A stretch of DNA of 53,363 bases from Nitrososphaeraceae archaeon (GCA_035297365.1 DATGZA010000009.1:1-53363); one strand, 5' to 3'. Numbered from the stretch's first letter, positions 31,012 through 41,752 are shown. Made by a program: numbers and translations. The notes: generated by a model from the letters alone, not told the origin.

Positions 31012-31620
31012 ATGTCCGATAAAAGGATACAAAAAACTGGGATACAAAAAACTGGTTTTATGAATAAAAATAAAATTGAGAAGATAATACGACAGTTGCT
31101 TATAGAATTAGGAGAAAATCCCAATAGAGAAGGATTGGTCGAGACTCCTAGACGTATTGCAGGTATGTATGAAGAGATTTTTTGTGGATATGGAATGAGT
31201 TCCGAGCTGGATGTAAGCTTCAGTGAAGAAACTAATGCAATAATTGTAAGAGATATACAATTCTATAGTATGTGTGAACATCACATGCTTCCATTTTACG
31301 GAAAAATTCACATAGCGTATATTCCAAATGGAAAGGTATTTGGTATCTCAAAACTTGTCAGACTGACTGAAAAGTATTCTAGGAGAATGCAAATACAAGA
31401 AAGATTGACTAAGGAGATTGCTGATGAAATAGCCAAAAGAGATGTATCGGGTGTACTAGTAATAATTGAAGGGGAACATCTTTGTATGAAAATGAGAGGA
31501 GTTAGAAATAATAGTTCAATACTAACAGTTGCATATAGGGGCGTATTTGAAGAGAAGGACCTTAGAGAAAACGTACTTTCCTTAATCTATACAAGGCAAA
31601 ATAATATAAGAAATATATAA
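31012..31620 (+). CDS. folE: GTP cyclohydrolase I
   Basis: REGLVETPRR, SMCEHHMLPF, GISKL.R, QIQERLT, HLCMKMRG. Confidence 0.96.
   Translation: MSDKRIQKTGIQKTGFMNKNKIEKIIRQLLIELGENPNREGLVETPRRIAGMYEEIFCGYGMSSELDVSFSEETNAIIVRDIQFYSMCEHHMLPFYGKIHIAYIPNGKVFGISKLVRLTEKYSRRMQIQERLTKEIADEIAKRDVSGVLVIIEGEHLCMKMRGVRNNSSILTVAYRGVFEEKDLRENVLSLIYTRQNNIRNI
31025..31054 (+). repeat. 15-bp tandem duplication GGATACAAAAAACTG x2
   Basis: Exact copies at 31025-31039 and 31040-31054, encoding IQKTG-IQKTG in the folE 5' region. Confidence 0.9.
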
Positions 31621-31744
31621 AAAATATCGAGTTTGTGTATATTTAATGATTTTTGATTATGAAAAATAGAGAGAGCAGAAATTATTTTATAATTTTTATA
31701 ATGAGAAGGCTTATAATAAAGTAAATTTTTTATAGGTAAGAAGA

Positions 31745-32014
31745 ATGGCAGAAGCGATCTTTAGAGTCCAGTCTCATAAGTTCACTCAAGACAACATTCA
31801 AGGAACATTAGTTTGTTCAAAATGCGATGAGGTATTCTCCAAGGAATTTTTACTGGATCTTGAGGGACAAACTACAGAATTTAAGTGTCCAGTTTGTGGA
31901 GTTACTGGTGAGGCCGATCTACCTTTTAAGACTGCTGAAGAGAGAGAAGAATTTGATGAAGATTTGGATGAAATTGAAGAAGAGAATGGTGATGAATTTG
32001 ATGAAGAATATTAA
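31745..32014 (+). CDS. Zinc-ribbon protein with strongly acidic C-terminal tail
   Basis: CSKC...CPVC, then EEREEFDEDLDEIEEENGDEFDEEY. Confidence 0.8.
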   Translation: MAEAIFRVQSHKFTQDNIQGTLVCSKCDEVFSKEFLLDLEGQTTEFKCPVCGVTGEADLPFKTAEEREEFDEDLDEIEEENGDEFDEEY

Positions 32015-32261
32015 AGAAAGTATGTTTAATAAAGAAATTTTTTATCATCACGAACTATTTTGATAAAAATAATAAACTACTAAATTAATTTATTAATTAT
32101 GATTCAATGTCAAAAATGTGGAAGGGTCAAATTTTATTCTTTTAATTTTATCTTCTCGAAATTTATTTGTAATGAATGTTATTTAATAATCAAAGAAAAA
32201 GAAGATCAAGTAAAATGAAGTAAAGCATTTCTTAGAACTATATATATAAATATATGGGTCA

Positions 32262-32729
32262 TTATTGTTTTGAACCACATTTTATACAAAATTTAGAATT
32301 ATATTTGAGTTTAATGCCACATTCAATACAAAATTTTAGTTCTTGATTCTTGGAGTTTGATAGAAAATTAGAATCAGCTGTACCAGTTTTTTTTAGAAAA
32401 TGATCATCATCAGTATATTTATTCTCGGAAGATGATGAATCTGTTCTGTTAAACATATCAGTAATTGCTCCTGTTGGTCGAAAACTTTCATCTACATCAG
32501 GTAACAAATTGGTATAAATACTATTATCATTGTTTGATTCATTATCCTCTGAAATATCCTTTTTAGTTTCTAAAAAGAGCATTAATCTTGGTACTTGTTC
32601 CCCTTGAAATTCTATAATTTCGGATAACCAATAAACAAACTTTTTTAATGTCATTTCTGGAGTAGAAAAAGTTAGAGTATGTGTAGACATATATTCTTCT
32701 GCTGCGGATTTACCATTAAATAGTTTCAT
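32262..32729 (-). CDS. Protein with C-terminal zinc ribbon
   Basis: FCIECG..L...SKFCIKCGSKQ. Confidence 0.82.
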   Translation of the reverse strand: MKLFNGKSAAEEYMSTHTLTFSTPEMTLKKFVYWLSEIIEFQGEQVPRLMLFLETKKDISEDNESNNDNSIYTNLLPDVDESFRPTGAITDMFNRTDSSSSENKYTDDDHFLKKTGTADSNFLSNSKNQELKFCIECGIKLKYNSKFCIKCGSKQ

Positions 32730-32762
32730 GATTATTAAATAAATATCGTTGGTTGTTTTTAA

Positions 32763-33296
32763 TTATTGCGAATTACCGCATTTACTACAAAATTTTGCTT
32801 TGGCTGGAATAGATATTCCACATACAATACAATTTTTGATTTTTTTATCATCTACAATACCAAGTGGAATAGATTTCGCATCTGTAGGACTGGATCTTTC
32901 AAGTTCACTATCTACTGGACGACGACTAGGTTCGAATATAGAAATTGTGTTTCCTCCTACCTGACCTCCACCGCTAACAAATCCTCCGATTCCGAAATCG
33001 GTTGAACCTTCTTTAGATGAGGGATCAACAAATCCTCCAGTTGAACTCTTTAATGAAGAGCCCTTATCAAATGCTGATTTTAATTCTAGTATAACTCTAA
33101 CAGCTAAAAAATTCAAGGCTGAGCTTGCAATTAGATACTTGCCGATGCTTGCAAAATATTCTTTATCATTCATTTTACCTTGTTTGAATCGTTGAGTAGA
33201 ATCAATTAAAGATTCATATTGATTTTGAGTATCATCAATTAATTGTTTTAATTTTTCAGTTAATCCTCCCAGGGTATCTACACCAAAAGATGCCAT
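32763..33296 (-). CDS. Protein with helical N-domain and C-terminal zinc ribbon
   Basis: CIVCG..IP..AKFCSKCGNSQ; 33 bp from the next zinc-ribbon gene. Confidence 0.82.
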   Translation of the reverse strand: MASFGVDTLGGLTEKLKQLIDDTQNQYESLIDSTQRFKQGKMNDKEYFASIGKYLIASSALNFLAVRVILELKSAFDKGSSLKSSTGGFVDPSSKEGSTDFGIGGFVSGGGQVGGNTISIFEPSRRPVDSELERSSPTDAKSIPLGIVDDKKIKNCIVCGISIPAKAKFCSKCGNSQ

Positions 33297-33817
33297 AAAT
33301 AGAAGATGAATGAATTGGGCTTAATAAAGTTTGGATGAAAATTTTAAAGTTATTTGTTGTTGTTATTAATTTGAATAACTTTATTACATGATATATTCTT
33401 GGTTATGTAAGAATATGGTGAAAACATAATATATTCTTAGAATATATATTAATAGTCCGTTGGTTTTTAACACTTTCGTGCTAATCATTAGAATTCTTTC
33501 TTCTAATAGATTCTTTTCAAGTGATCCTTCTGGTATATAGAATCTAGCTGATTACAACAGATCAATTATTTATAAATTGAATAATGTAATAAAGTCAAAC
33601 GTATTGTGAACAACAAATATCAACAACAAAACGGAGATTATAGAGACAGTATATATTGTCTTAATAAATATAAAATTCATGAAAAAAACTTCATGTTATG
33701 TAGGATTTTCTTTTTAATTGAGAAAAAGGATTATGATTATTCAATTAGAAATATTTTACGGAGCTGATTAATAAAATATATCCATATAGATCTTCAATTT
33801 CAAAATACTTTAAGATT

Positions 33818-34192
33818 TTGGATTTAATTATTATAGGTTTAGTAATTTTTATTTTGCTCGGTTTTTTTGCATATGATTACAAATTTTTCGGCTTTAATGA
33901 ACAAATAATAAACATTCCGCATAATTTAAAATACTATTTTGATTCATTACTTTGGATCTTATTCATAGTTTTAATATTAGATTTATATTTGAAATATAAA
34001 GTTACTAAGAATTGGAAGATTTTTATAAAAAAATATTGGATAGATGTTACAATGACTATATTGATACCAATTGTTTATCCTTTTAAATTTATGAAAGTCT
34101 CGATTAAAACCTACAAAATGATAAAAACAGCAAAATATACGATTAAAATAGCTCAAAAAATTAAAAAGATTAAATATTTTTTTAAGAGATAA
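33818..34192 (+). CDS. Membrane protein resembling an isolated voltage-sensor domain (S1-S4), no pore
   Basis: TM helices; S2-like LILDLYLKY, S3-like FIKKYWID, S4-like Lys every 3-4 residues; frame stays open upstream to a CTG at 33764. Confidence 0.6.
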   Translation: MDLIIIGLVIFILLGFFAYDYKFFGFNEQIINIPHNLKYYFDSLLWILFIVLILDLYLKYKVTKNWKIFIKKYWIDVTMTILIPIVYPFKFMKVSIKTYKMIKTAKYTIKIAQKIKKIKYFFKR

Positions 34193-34910
34193 GAGTGTAC
34201 ATGAATTTAAAAGTGATATATATTTATGCATTGAAGTTTTGTTAAATCTATTCGTAAAATTAGTAATTTTCATTTGAGCTCAGCTTCTTTTTTATTGATT
34301 ACATCATAGGGATCGAATTTAAAAGGATAAAATTTTATTTGTTGATGTTATACATAATTTTTTAAGTCTGAGGTACACTCTAGAAAATTTGATAATTTTA
34401 TGAAAAAAGTTGTTATTTGACTATCGAATGAGAGAGATGATAATTTATTGATATTATTAAAAATTATATCTTTCTAATTATTGATTTCCTCGATTATAGA
34501 ATATAGTAGTTATTTCAATAATTGCTACAAGTGTTCATATGATTTTAGATCTATCCGATCTCTCTTTTTATCAATTATTTATCTCATAAAATTGACGTAA
34601 TGATAAATATCCCTCTACGATCAACATAAATAAAATGGAAATACAATTATTGGAGGGTTGGAACTACATAGGGAGAAACATTTAAAAAATTCTAAATAAT
34701 CTGAAAAATCAGTACGTATCATCTGGAAATCATATCCAAAGCAGGTAGTACCGGCTCATCTCATACATTCCAACGATAAAAAATAGAAGCAAAGAAATTA
34801 AAATTTCATTTTTGTTATATATTTAAAATAATATATAATTACATTCTTCGCATAAATTGAATAAACCATGATTTGAATTTCTTACAATATTGTGGTTATC
34901 TGATCTATTA

Positions 34911-35195
34911 TTATGTTGCCTTTTCGATCTCATTACAAAAAAAATAACATACCGTATACTCATGATCACGATTATCAAATCTACTCATACAACAATCTGA
35001 AACTTCATAAGATTCATCATCTTTCACTTTTAATAATAGTTGATATTTTGGAATTTCTGATACAGAATCTTTCATTTTCATAGTTATTTCCTTTAATAGA
35101 GGATCTGATGATGAAATAAGAAAATGACCTTCATATCGAGCGGTGATTCCAGGAAAATAGAAAAGTTCCTGAACATTCAATACTCTATTTAACAT
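34911..35195 (-). CDS. Hypothetical protein
   Basis: 94 aa ATG ORF with globular composition. Confidence 0.5.
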   Translation of the reverse strand: MLNRVLNVQELFYFPGITARYEGHFLISSSDPLLKEITMKMKDSVSEIPKYQLLLKVKDDESYEVSDCCMSRFDNRDHEYTVCYFFCNEIEKAT

Positions 35196-35569
35196 AAAAA
35201 AATGAGTGATCTTATATTATTTAAATTAAAGCTTTAAAATTGATATTTCAATATATCTTTTTAAAAATGAAGAATAATAATGTAATATAAATTTAATATT
35301 TAGTACTGGTAAATTAATTATATGAAAGTTTTATTATAAAATTTTATACTATACGTTTTGTCTTTAAATACATATATTAAAATAATATTGTCATGAAAAG
35401 AACGATACGAAATTCGGTTTACTTTCATATTCTAATATTTGATTATGGAAATTGTTTATATTATTATATTAGATTAAGAAAACATGAATAATTTTCTAGA
35501 TTGATTGTCAATACAAAAATTTTAAAAAGTATTAATAAATTCATTTGATTTTTTCATTATTAAATAAAA

Positions 35570-36925
35570 ATGAAATATAGAAAGATTGCCAAATATGATT
35601 TTATGATATTACTCATTTTTTTATCTAGCATATTACTATTTCCTAACATGTCAGGACAAGTTAATAGTCAGATAGTGATCAACAAAACAGATAAATCTAT
35701 TTTTATGAACAATAACCAAAATCAAAATTATATTGATGATGGAAGTATAAAAATCCCTAATCAATTTATTATTTACCTTAGGGATACTGATTACAATGGT
35801 TTAAATTCTATCGATCCATTAGAATTTTATGAAGAGGAATTAAAAAATACTGGAACAGAATTATTATTTACATACAACCATGTAGCAAAAGGTTTGGCTA
35901 TAAAGATTCCCGATGAAGGTGTTTTAGAACTACTAAAAAGTAATCCAGTTGTAGAATACATAGGCCAAGATAGAATAGTATCAATTTTTGATCATCAGAA
36001 TACATTTGCTCAACAAACTGAACAAAAATTGCCTATGGGAATTGATAGAGTAGACGGTGATTTAAATTTTATTCAAGATGACATGCATTTGGTTAATGCT
36101 GACATTGCAATTTTAGATACAGGAATAGATTTACATCACAATGATTTAAATGTATATCAACAAACAACATTTATTCCTGGAACAAATTCAGCGGATGATG
36201 ATCATGGACACGGTACACATATTGCGGGAATAGCTGCTGCTAAGAATAATTCTTTTGGTACTGTAGGTATAGCACCAGGAGCTAGACTGTGGGCAATAAA
36301 AGTTCTTGAGGAAAATGGAGCAGGAGATATTTCTACCTTAATCAAGGGTTTAGACTATGTAGTACAAAATTCAGATCAGATCGATGTAGCAGTATTAAGT
36401 CTTGGATGTGAATGTAACTCTAGAGCTTTAAATATAGCAGTAAACCACGCAGTTAATGCAGGAGTAACACTTGTTGTTGCTGCAGGTAATGATGGAAAAA
36501 ATGCACGAACATTTTCTCCAGCTAATAATCCCAATGTAATAGCTGTTTCTGCAATTGTAGATACAGATGGAAAGTGCGGAGGAAATGGACCGAATACAAT
36601 GTACGGAGCAGATGATACCTTAGCAAGTTTTAGTAATTATGGAGATGTAGTAGATATTGCTGCACCTGGTGTAGAAATTTTTTCTACGTACAAATCTGGT
36701 TCTTATGCTAGTTTAACAGGTACTAGTATGGCTGCTCCTCACGTTGCTGGAGCTGCAGCATTATATATAAGTACACATCAAAATTCATCACCGGTAGAAG
36801 TCAAAAATCATTTAATTGCATCAGGATCACATATATCAGATTTTTGTGATGGAAATGGTCTTGGGTATTTTTCAGCAGATAAAGATAATTTTCATGAGCC
36901 ATTATTGTATGTAGCTAATAAATAG
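35570..36925 (+). CDS. Secreted subtilisin-like S8 serine protease with propeptide
   Basis: Signal peptide, I9-like prodomain (PNQFII, VEYIGQD), catalytic ILDTG, HGTHIAG, AAGN, GTSMAAPHVAG. Confidence 0.96.
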   Translation: MKYRKIAKYDFMILLIFLSSILLFPNMSGQVNSQIVINKTDKSIFMNNNQNQNYIDDGSIKIPNQFIIYLRDTDYNGLNSIDPLEFYEEELKNTGTELLFTYNHVAKGLAIKIPDEGVLELLKSNPVVEYIGQDRIVSIFDHQNTFAQQTEQKLPMGIDRVDGDLNFIQDDMHLVNADIAILDTGIDLHHNDLNVYQQTTFIPGTNSADDDHGHGTHIAGIAAAKNNSFGTVGIAPGARLWAIKVLEENGAGDISTLIKGLDYVVQNSDQIDVAVLSLGCECNSRALNIAVNHAVNAGVTLVVAAGNDGKNARTFSPANNPNVIAVSAIVDTDGKCGGNGPNTMYGADDTLASFSNYGDVVDIAAPGVEIFSTYKSGSYASLTGTSMAAPHVAGAAALYISTHQNSSPVEVKNHLIASGSHISDFCDGNGLGYFSADKDNFHEPLLYVANK

Positions 36926-36938
36926 AATTATAATAAAT

Positions 36939-37202
36939 CTAGTTTGCTGGTGGAGGAAGTGATTCTGGACATACTTGTATACAGACTTTATCTTTTGGAC
37001 AAGGCGGCATCGAACATATTTTAGAATGATTTGCGATCATAGACTTTTCTGTAATATTCTTACTATTTTTTACAGTAGTAGAATTATCAAATGTTACTGT
37101 ATTATTTGCTTGATTTTGTATTATTCCTTCTATATTATTAGAATTGAACAAAATAGTAATCAATACAGATAGAGAAATAAAAATGATTATAATTAATTGC
37201 AT
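36939..37202 (-). CDS. Small secreted/anchored protein with Cys-Pro-rich C-terminus
   Basis: Hydrophobic N-terminus, several N-x-S/T sites, CSMPPCPKDKVCIQVCPE. Confidence 0.7.
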   Translation of the reverse strand: MQLIIIIFISLSVLITILFNSNNIEGIIQNQANNTVTFDNSTTVKNSKNITEKSMIANHSKICSMPPCPKDKVCIQVCPESLPPPAN

Positions 37203-37855
37203 ATAATATATCAGATAGATCTTTATATATTTAAAAATTAGTATTTAAAATAGTTTTAATATCTTAATTTATAAAATTCATATTGAAATGAATTTCACAT
37301 ATTGGTAACATATGATTTTGTTATCAAGTTCAATTATATATAAAGAAACAAATAATACAAATACAAAATATAATCAAAGTTATCATCAGATGATCTTGAA
37401 GAGTAAATCTATACTTTGGATAAACTATTATATTATGTAGAATTCCCATGTCAACATCTTCATTTGTCCTATTAATTCTGTATTACGATATACTGCTAAT
37501 GACATGTTAAGTCGTGAGATGAATTCCATAAGTTGAATATATTTCACCTTCATTTTTTATTTTTAGATATTAAAAGATTTAAACATCAAAATCTGATGTA
37601 TATTGAGTAAAGTAGATCTCTTGGATTCACATAATACCAATTAATATCATTATTGACGATGCAACTAATCCCGTTAATATACTAAACCCAGATAAAAAAA
37701 TAGTTTGTTTTCTCATTTTATACTAAATAATATTTTTTCATTTATACGATTCTAAGAATTTTTCTAGCTGAATATTGTATCAAAGATTTTTATATAAAAT
37801 GTATTTAAGTTTTTTATTTAAGTATATTAGTATATGTTACTAATTTATTAAAATA

Positions 37856-40438
37856 TTATTGATGATTGTATAATATCTGTCTTTGAGAATTTTCATCATC
37901 ATTAACCATAATTGAATGATAATTATTCCCTTCTATTTCTGCGTGAGATATTAGAAAAATTTGCTTGAAGCTTTTATCATTTATTAATATATTCATTATA
38001 ATATTTCTTCTGGCTTCATCTAAGCTAGTTAATGGTTCATCTAAAATTATAAAATTGATCATTGGAATCTTTTTTTCTATATATTTAAAAGGTCTTATAG
38101 TTGACATAAGTTTTGATATGGCTATTCTAAGTGCCAAACCAAGCGCAGATTCATCTCCACCACTTAATTGTTCTTTGCTTTTTTGAACTCCATCTTTATC
38201 ATCTAATAGAGTCATTGTTAATCCATGAGATATTTTGTCTTTGATTTTTCGCATGGTACTTGATACATTTGCTATTTTATATCTTCCTTCAGTAAAAGGT
38301 ACAAGATAATAATTTGTGCTTCTCATTAAAACACTAGCAAGTTTACCTTCAACTATATCATTTGATATGAATCCATCAATTTCACCAATTAGAAACAAAA
38401 TATGCCTCAATGCATTCTCTTTTTCTTTTAATTCTTCTTCTGATTGAAGTAGATTATTAATTCTTTTTATTCTTAGATTGATCTCATTTCGTAACAAGGA
38501 AACATCGTCTTTAATGATTTCAATTAAATTAGATTTTTCTTTAATATGTATTGTTAGATCAGTTCTTTTGGAGATCAATTCATCAATATTTTGACACAAA
38601 AAGGGCCTCAATAGATCTTCTAAATTTACTATTTTTAAATTTTTATAATATTCTATTAAAAATTTATTAGTTGATTCTATTTGTAATTTTGCTTGATTTT
38701 GTTGTGAAAAAAGACTATCTATTTCATTCATTAATCTTATTAAGTTTATATTTTCTGATCTAAGTTTATCTTCAAAATTTTTGACAAGTTCTCTTGATGT
38801 AAAAATCTCATTTTCTTTTTTCATTATTTTTGAAAATAGATCATCAATTATTTTATATGTTGACTTGGATATTTCATAATTACATTGAGATAATTCTATA
38901 ATAGAATTTAGCTCGTCATAAAAGTGAAATCGTTTTTCTATCATTCCACTAATAATTGGAACGAGAAATTCTAAAGCTTGTTTTATATTTTTTTTATTAT
39001 CTAATTGTTTTTCTATTTTTTGTAATCGTTTTTCTATAATATCGATATCAATTTTAACAATATTTTCTTTTCGAGAAATATTATGTATTTCTCTTCTTAT
39101 ATTTGTAATCAAAATAGGATTATTATCTATAACATTTGAACATATTGGACAAGTATTATTATTACTGATATATTCCATACTACTTTTTTTAATATCAGAT
39201 AAAATTTGATTTGTATTTAGAAGATGTTTATGTTCATCTAATAATTTAACATTCTTGTCTTTTTCATTTCCAAGATTTTTTATATCCTCATCATTTTTCT
39301 TTATTTCTAGTTTTATATCTTGTAAATTATCAATAGAAATATTTTGAAAATCAAATGATGATAATCCAGACTGTAATACTAGACTTTTGATATGTTTCTC
39401 ATCACTTTCAATATTTTGTAAAATATCTCTAGCATTTTTAATATTACTTATTTTTGGATATTTTTGAATTTCTTCTAATAACATATTTATGGTAATATTT
39501 AGATTAAATATTTTATCTTGAAACTCTTTAATTCGATTTTTTTGAACTGATAAATTTTCTTTTTCGCGATCTGTAATTTTTTCTATATAATTTAGATTTT
39601 CTTGGTTTTTGTTAATAGTTTCAATATTTTTTTTTATCTCAAGTAATAATTCCTTTTTTGGATATGTAGCAAGAACATTCTCATCATGCAATAATTCTTT
39701 TTGTTCTATTGATAATTTTTCTTCTTTATCTTTCAAAATATTATTTTGCTTGTCTAATTCAATTCTTTCTATCATTAAATTTCCTATTTGAGTATTCAAA
39801 TTATTTATATCTTGATTAAGTTTATTTACTTTTTTTCTTAAATAATTTTTAATCTTGAAGTCAAATTCTTCCAAACCAAAGAGATTCTTTATAAGATCTC
39901 GTAATTCACTTGGATCAGCTAATGCCAGTTTATCTACCTCTTTTTGTCTAATATATATTGTTTTTTCTATAGCTTCAGGATAAATTCCTAATAGCGATTC
40001 TATTTCTCTATTAACTGTATTCGTTCCTCGACAGATTTGAACGAACTTACATTTATTATCATTGTTTACTCTCTCTTCCTTGAAGAGTAATGCAGAGGAT
40101 TTAATCGTGTTATTAATACTATAATTAGTTTCATTTTTTTGTAATTTTTTCTTTACTACCTCCATAGTTCTAATGACACGATATTGAACCTCACTAATCT
40201 CAAAAGTAACTATAACTTCACATTTTAATTCTCCATTTTTGATCAGTATTTTTCTATCTTTTTCTGCCATTAATTGTTCTCCTAAAATTCCCCAAAGAAT
40301 CGCTTCAATGAAACTTGTTTTTCCCATGGAATTTTTTCCCTTAATAAAAAAAAAGCCTTCTTTAAAATATCCATCTGAAGGAATTGAAATATTATGAAAA
40401 GGTTTAAAATTTCGTGCTTCAATTTTTAATATTTTCAT
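37856..40438 (-). CDS. rad50: Rad50/SbcC-like SMC ATPase
   Basis: Walker A GKNSMGKTS, Q-loop IYIRQ, central CPIC zinc hook, signature LSGGD, Walker B/D-loop ILDEPLTSLDE, ISH. Confidence 0.92.
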   Translation of the reverse strand: MKILKIEARNFKPFHNISIPSDGYFKEGFFFIKGKNSMGKTSFIEAILWGILGEQLMAEKDRKILIKNGELKCEVIVTFEISEVQYRVIRTMEVVKKKLQKNETNYSINNTIKSSALLFKEERVNNDNKCKFVQICRGTNTVNREIESLLGIYPEAIEKTIYIRQKEVDKLALADPSELRDLIKNLFGLEEFDFKIKNYLRKKVNKLNQDINNLNTQIGNLMIERIELDKQNNILKDKEEKLSIEQKELLHDENVLATYPKKELLLEIKKNIETINKNQENLNYIEKITDREKENLSVQKNRIKEFQDKIFNLNITINMLLEEIQKYPKISNIKNARDILQNIESDEKHIKSLVLQSGLSSFDFQNISIDNLQDIKLEIKKNDEDIKNLGNEKDKNVKLLDEHKHLLNTNQILSDIKKSSMEYISNNNTCPICSNVIDNNPILITNIRREIHNISRKENIVKIDIDIIEKRLQKIEKQLDNKKNIKQALEFLVPIISGMIEKRFHFYDELNSIIELSQCNYEISKSTYKIIDDLFSKIMKKENEIFTSRELVKNFEDKLRSENINLIRLMNEIDSLFSQQNQAKLQIESTNKFLIEYYKNLKIVNLEDLLRPFLCQNIDELISKRTDLTIHIKEKSNLIEIIKDDVSLLRNEINLRIKRINNLLQSEEELKEKENALRHILFLIGEIDGFISNDIVEGKLASVLMRSTNYYLVPFTEGRYKIANVSSTMRKIKDKISHGLTMTLLDDKDGVQKSKEQLSGGDESALGLALRIAISKLMSTIRPFKYIEKKIPMINFIILDEPLTSLDEARRNIIMNILINDKSFKQIFLISHAEIEGNNYHSIMVNDDENSQRQILYNHQ

Positions 40439-40448
40439 TATGAATCAC

Positions 40449-41747
40449 TTATTCTTTCAGAGCTTCAAAGAAAAATTTAGCCAATAAATTCGAATCTAAA
40501 TTGTGTTTTTTTAGATCTGCCTTTCTAGTAGAATCCACATATTCTTTAAATTCTTGTTCTGGATCTTCTATCAAATATTCAATAAATGGATCATCTTGTC
40601 CAATTTTATTACTAGATTCATTAAAATCTGAGTAATGTGGAACATCTAAAATAAATTCCACAATATTATATTCATTACTATCTAACGCAATCTTATTTAA
40701 ATATGATGCTATTTCATTAGGATGAAAGGAAGATCCATAATTTTTGTTACCTTTTAAGCTAATTTTAACTCTCGCGGCCGTAGAATAATTGTATTCAACA
40801 TTCAAATCATGTTGTTTAAATATATCCTTAACTCTTTCTATAATTTGTATATTAGTATCATTTTCTAATACTTTTACTTCTTCTACAATTATTTTTCTTT
40901 GACGTTTAAAAAATTTTGGATTTATTTTTAATTTATGTTCATGAGAATTTATATTTATTATTAAATAACCTTTTTGATAACTTTGTTCCCCAAAACTCCA
41001 TAGCTCTGTAGAACCAGAATACCATGCTGTATCAGTTACTTGTTGCATTTTATGGTTATCTCCAAGAGCTACATAATCATAGTTTGCCATTAAAAAATCA
41101 CTATGTAACGTATTATTTTCTATCATTCCATGAGCTAATCCAACATTTATCATATTAGGATCAATGTTATTATTTTGAATTAAAATCCATTCTTTGTATT
41201 TTGTAAATAATTGAGACATATCGTTAGATTCGATTGATGGATGAGCATGAATTCTTAAGTTTAGTTCTTGGAAGTCTTTGAACAAAGGTTTCTTGTCTCT
41301 AATACTATCTCTTATATCAAAATAGGTAAATAGATGAACATTATCAAAGAGAATTGGATATTCACTCAATGTAGAAATTCGGTATTGTGTATATCTTCCA
41401 TGATTTCCGTCGATAAGCACTATAGGTATCTTATTGAGATGTAATGTTTTAAACGTCTCTGCAACAACTTTCCTAGCAAGTTCCGGTGGTGGATTGGGAT
41501 CATTTGCTGAAGGAGTATCAAAAAAATCTCCACTATGTAAAATAATATCTGGTTTTAGATTACTATCAGTTATAATTTCGTCTACGAATCTCTTCCAGAC
41601 ATTATAGAAATCATCTTCGATTGGCTTTATTTCTTGATTAATTATAGAAGGTCTTGTTCTTTTTGGTCTTTTACCAAGATGAGTATCAGAAATATGAATA
41701 ATCTTTAGAATAAACCTATCACCCTTATTTGGTAAATAAATAATCAT
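40449..41747 (-). CDS. mre11: Mre11/SbcD-like metallophosphoesterase nuclease
   Basis: HISDTHLG, HSGDFFD, DGNH, AHG, ALGDNH, YSGSTE..SFGE, KGY. Confidence 0.92.
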   Translation of the reverse strand: MIIYLPNKGDRFILKIIHISDTHLGKRPKRTRPSIINQEIKPIEDDFYNVWKRFVDEIITDSNLKPDIILHSGDFFDTPSANDPNPPPELARKVVAETFKTLHLNKIPIVLIDGNHGRYTQYRISTLSEYPILFDNVHLFTYFDIRDSIRDKKPLFKDFQELNLRIHAHPSIESNDMSQLFTKYKEWILIQNNNIDPNMINVGLAHGMIENNTLHSDFLMANYDYVALGDNHKMQQVTDTAWYSGSTELWSFGEQSYQKGYLIININSHEHKLKINPKFFKRQRKIIVEEVKVLENDTNIQIIERVKDIFKQHDLNVEYNYSTAARVKISLKGNKNYGSSFHPNEIASYLNKIALDSNEYNIVEFILDVPHYSDFNESSNKIGQDDPFIEYLIEDPEQEFKEYVDSTRKADLKKHNLDSNLLAKFFFEALKE

Positions 41748-41752
41748 TCAAT

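Noticed and set aside
29555-31620. dpd DNA-modification island
   Set aside because: No dpdA/tgt paralogue or other dpd genes in the window; core context
37430-37716. Possible decayed secreted-protein gene (MRKQTIFLSGFSILTGLVASSIMILIGIM*...) faintly like 50533..50808
   Set aside because: Similarity limited to a few residues; cannot be supported without alignment
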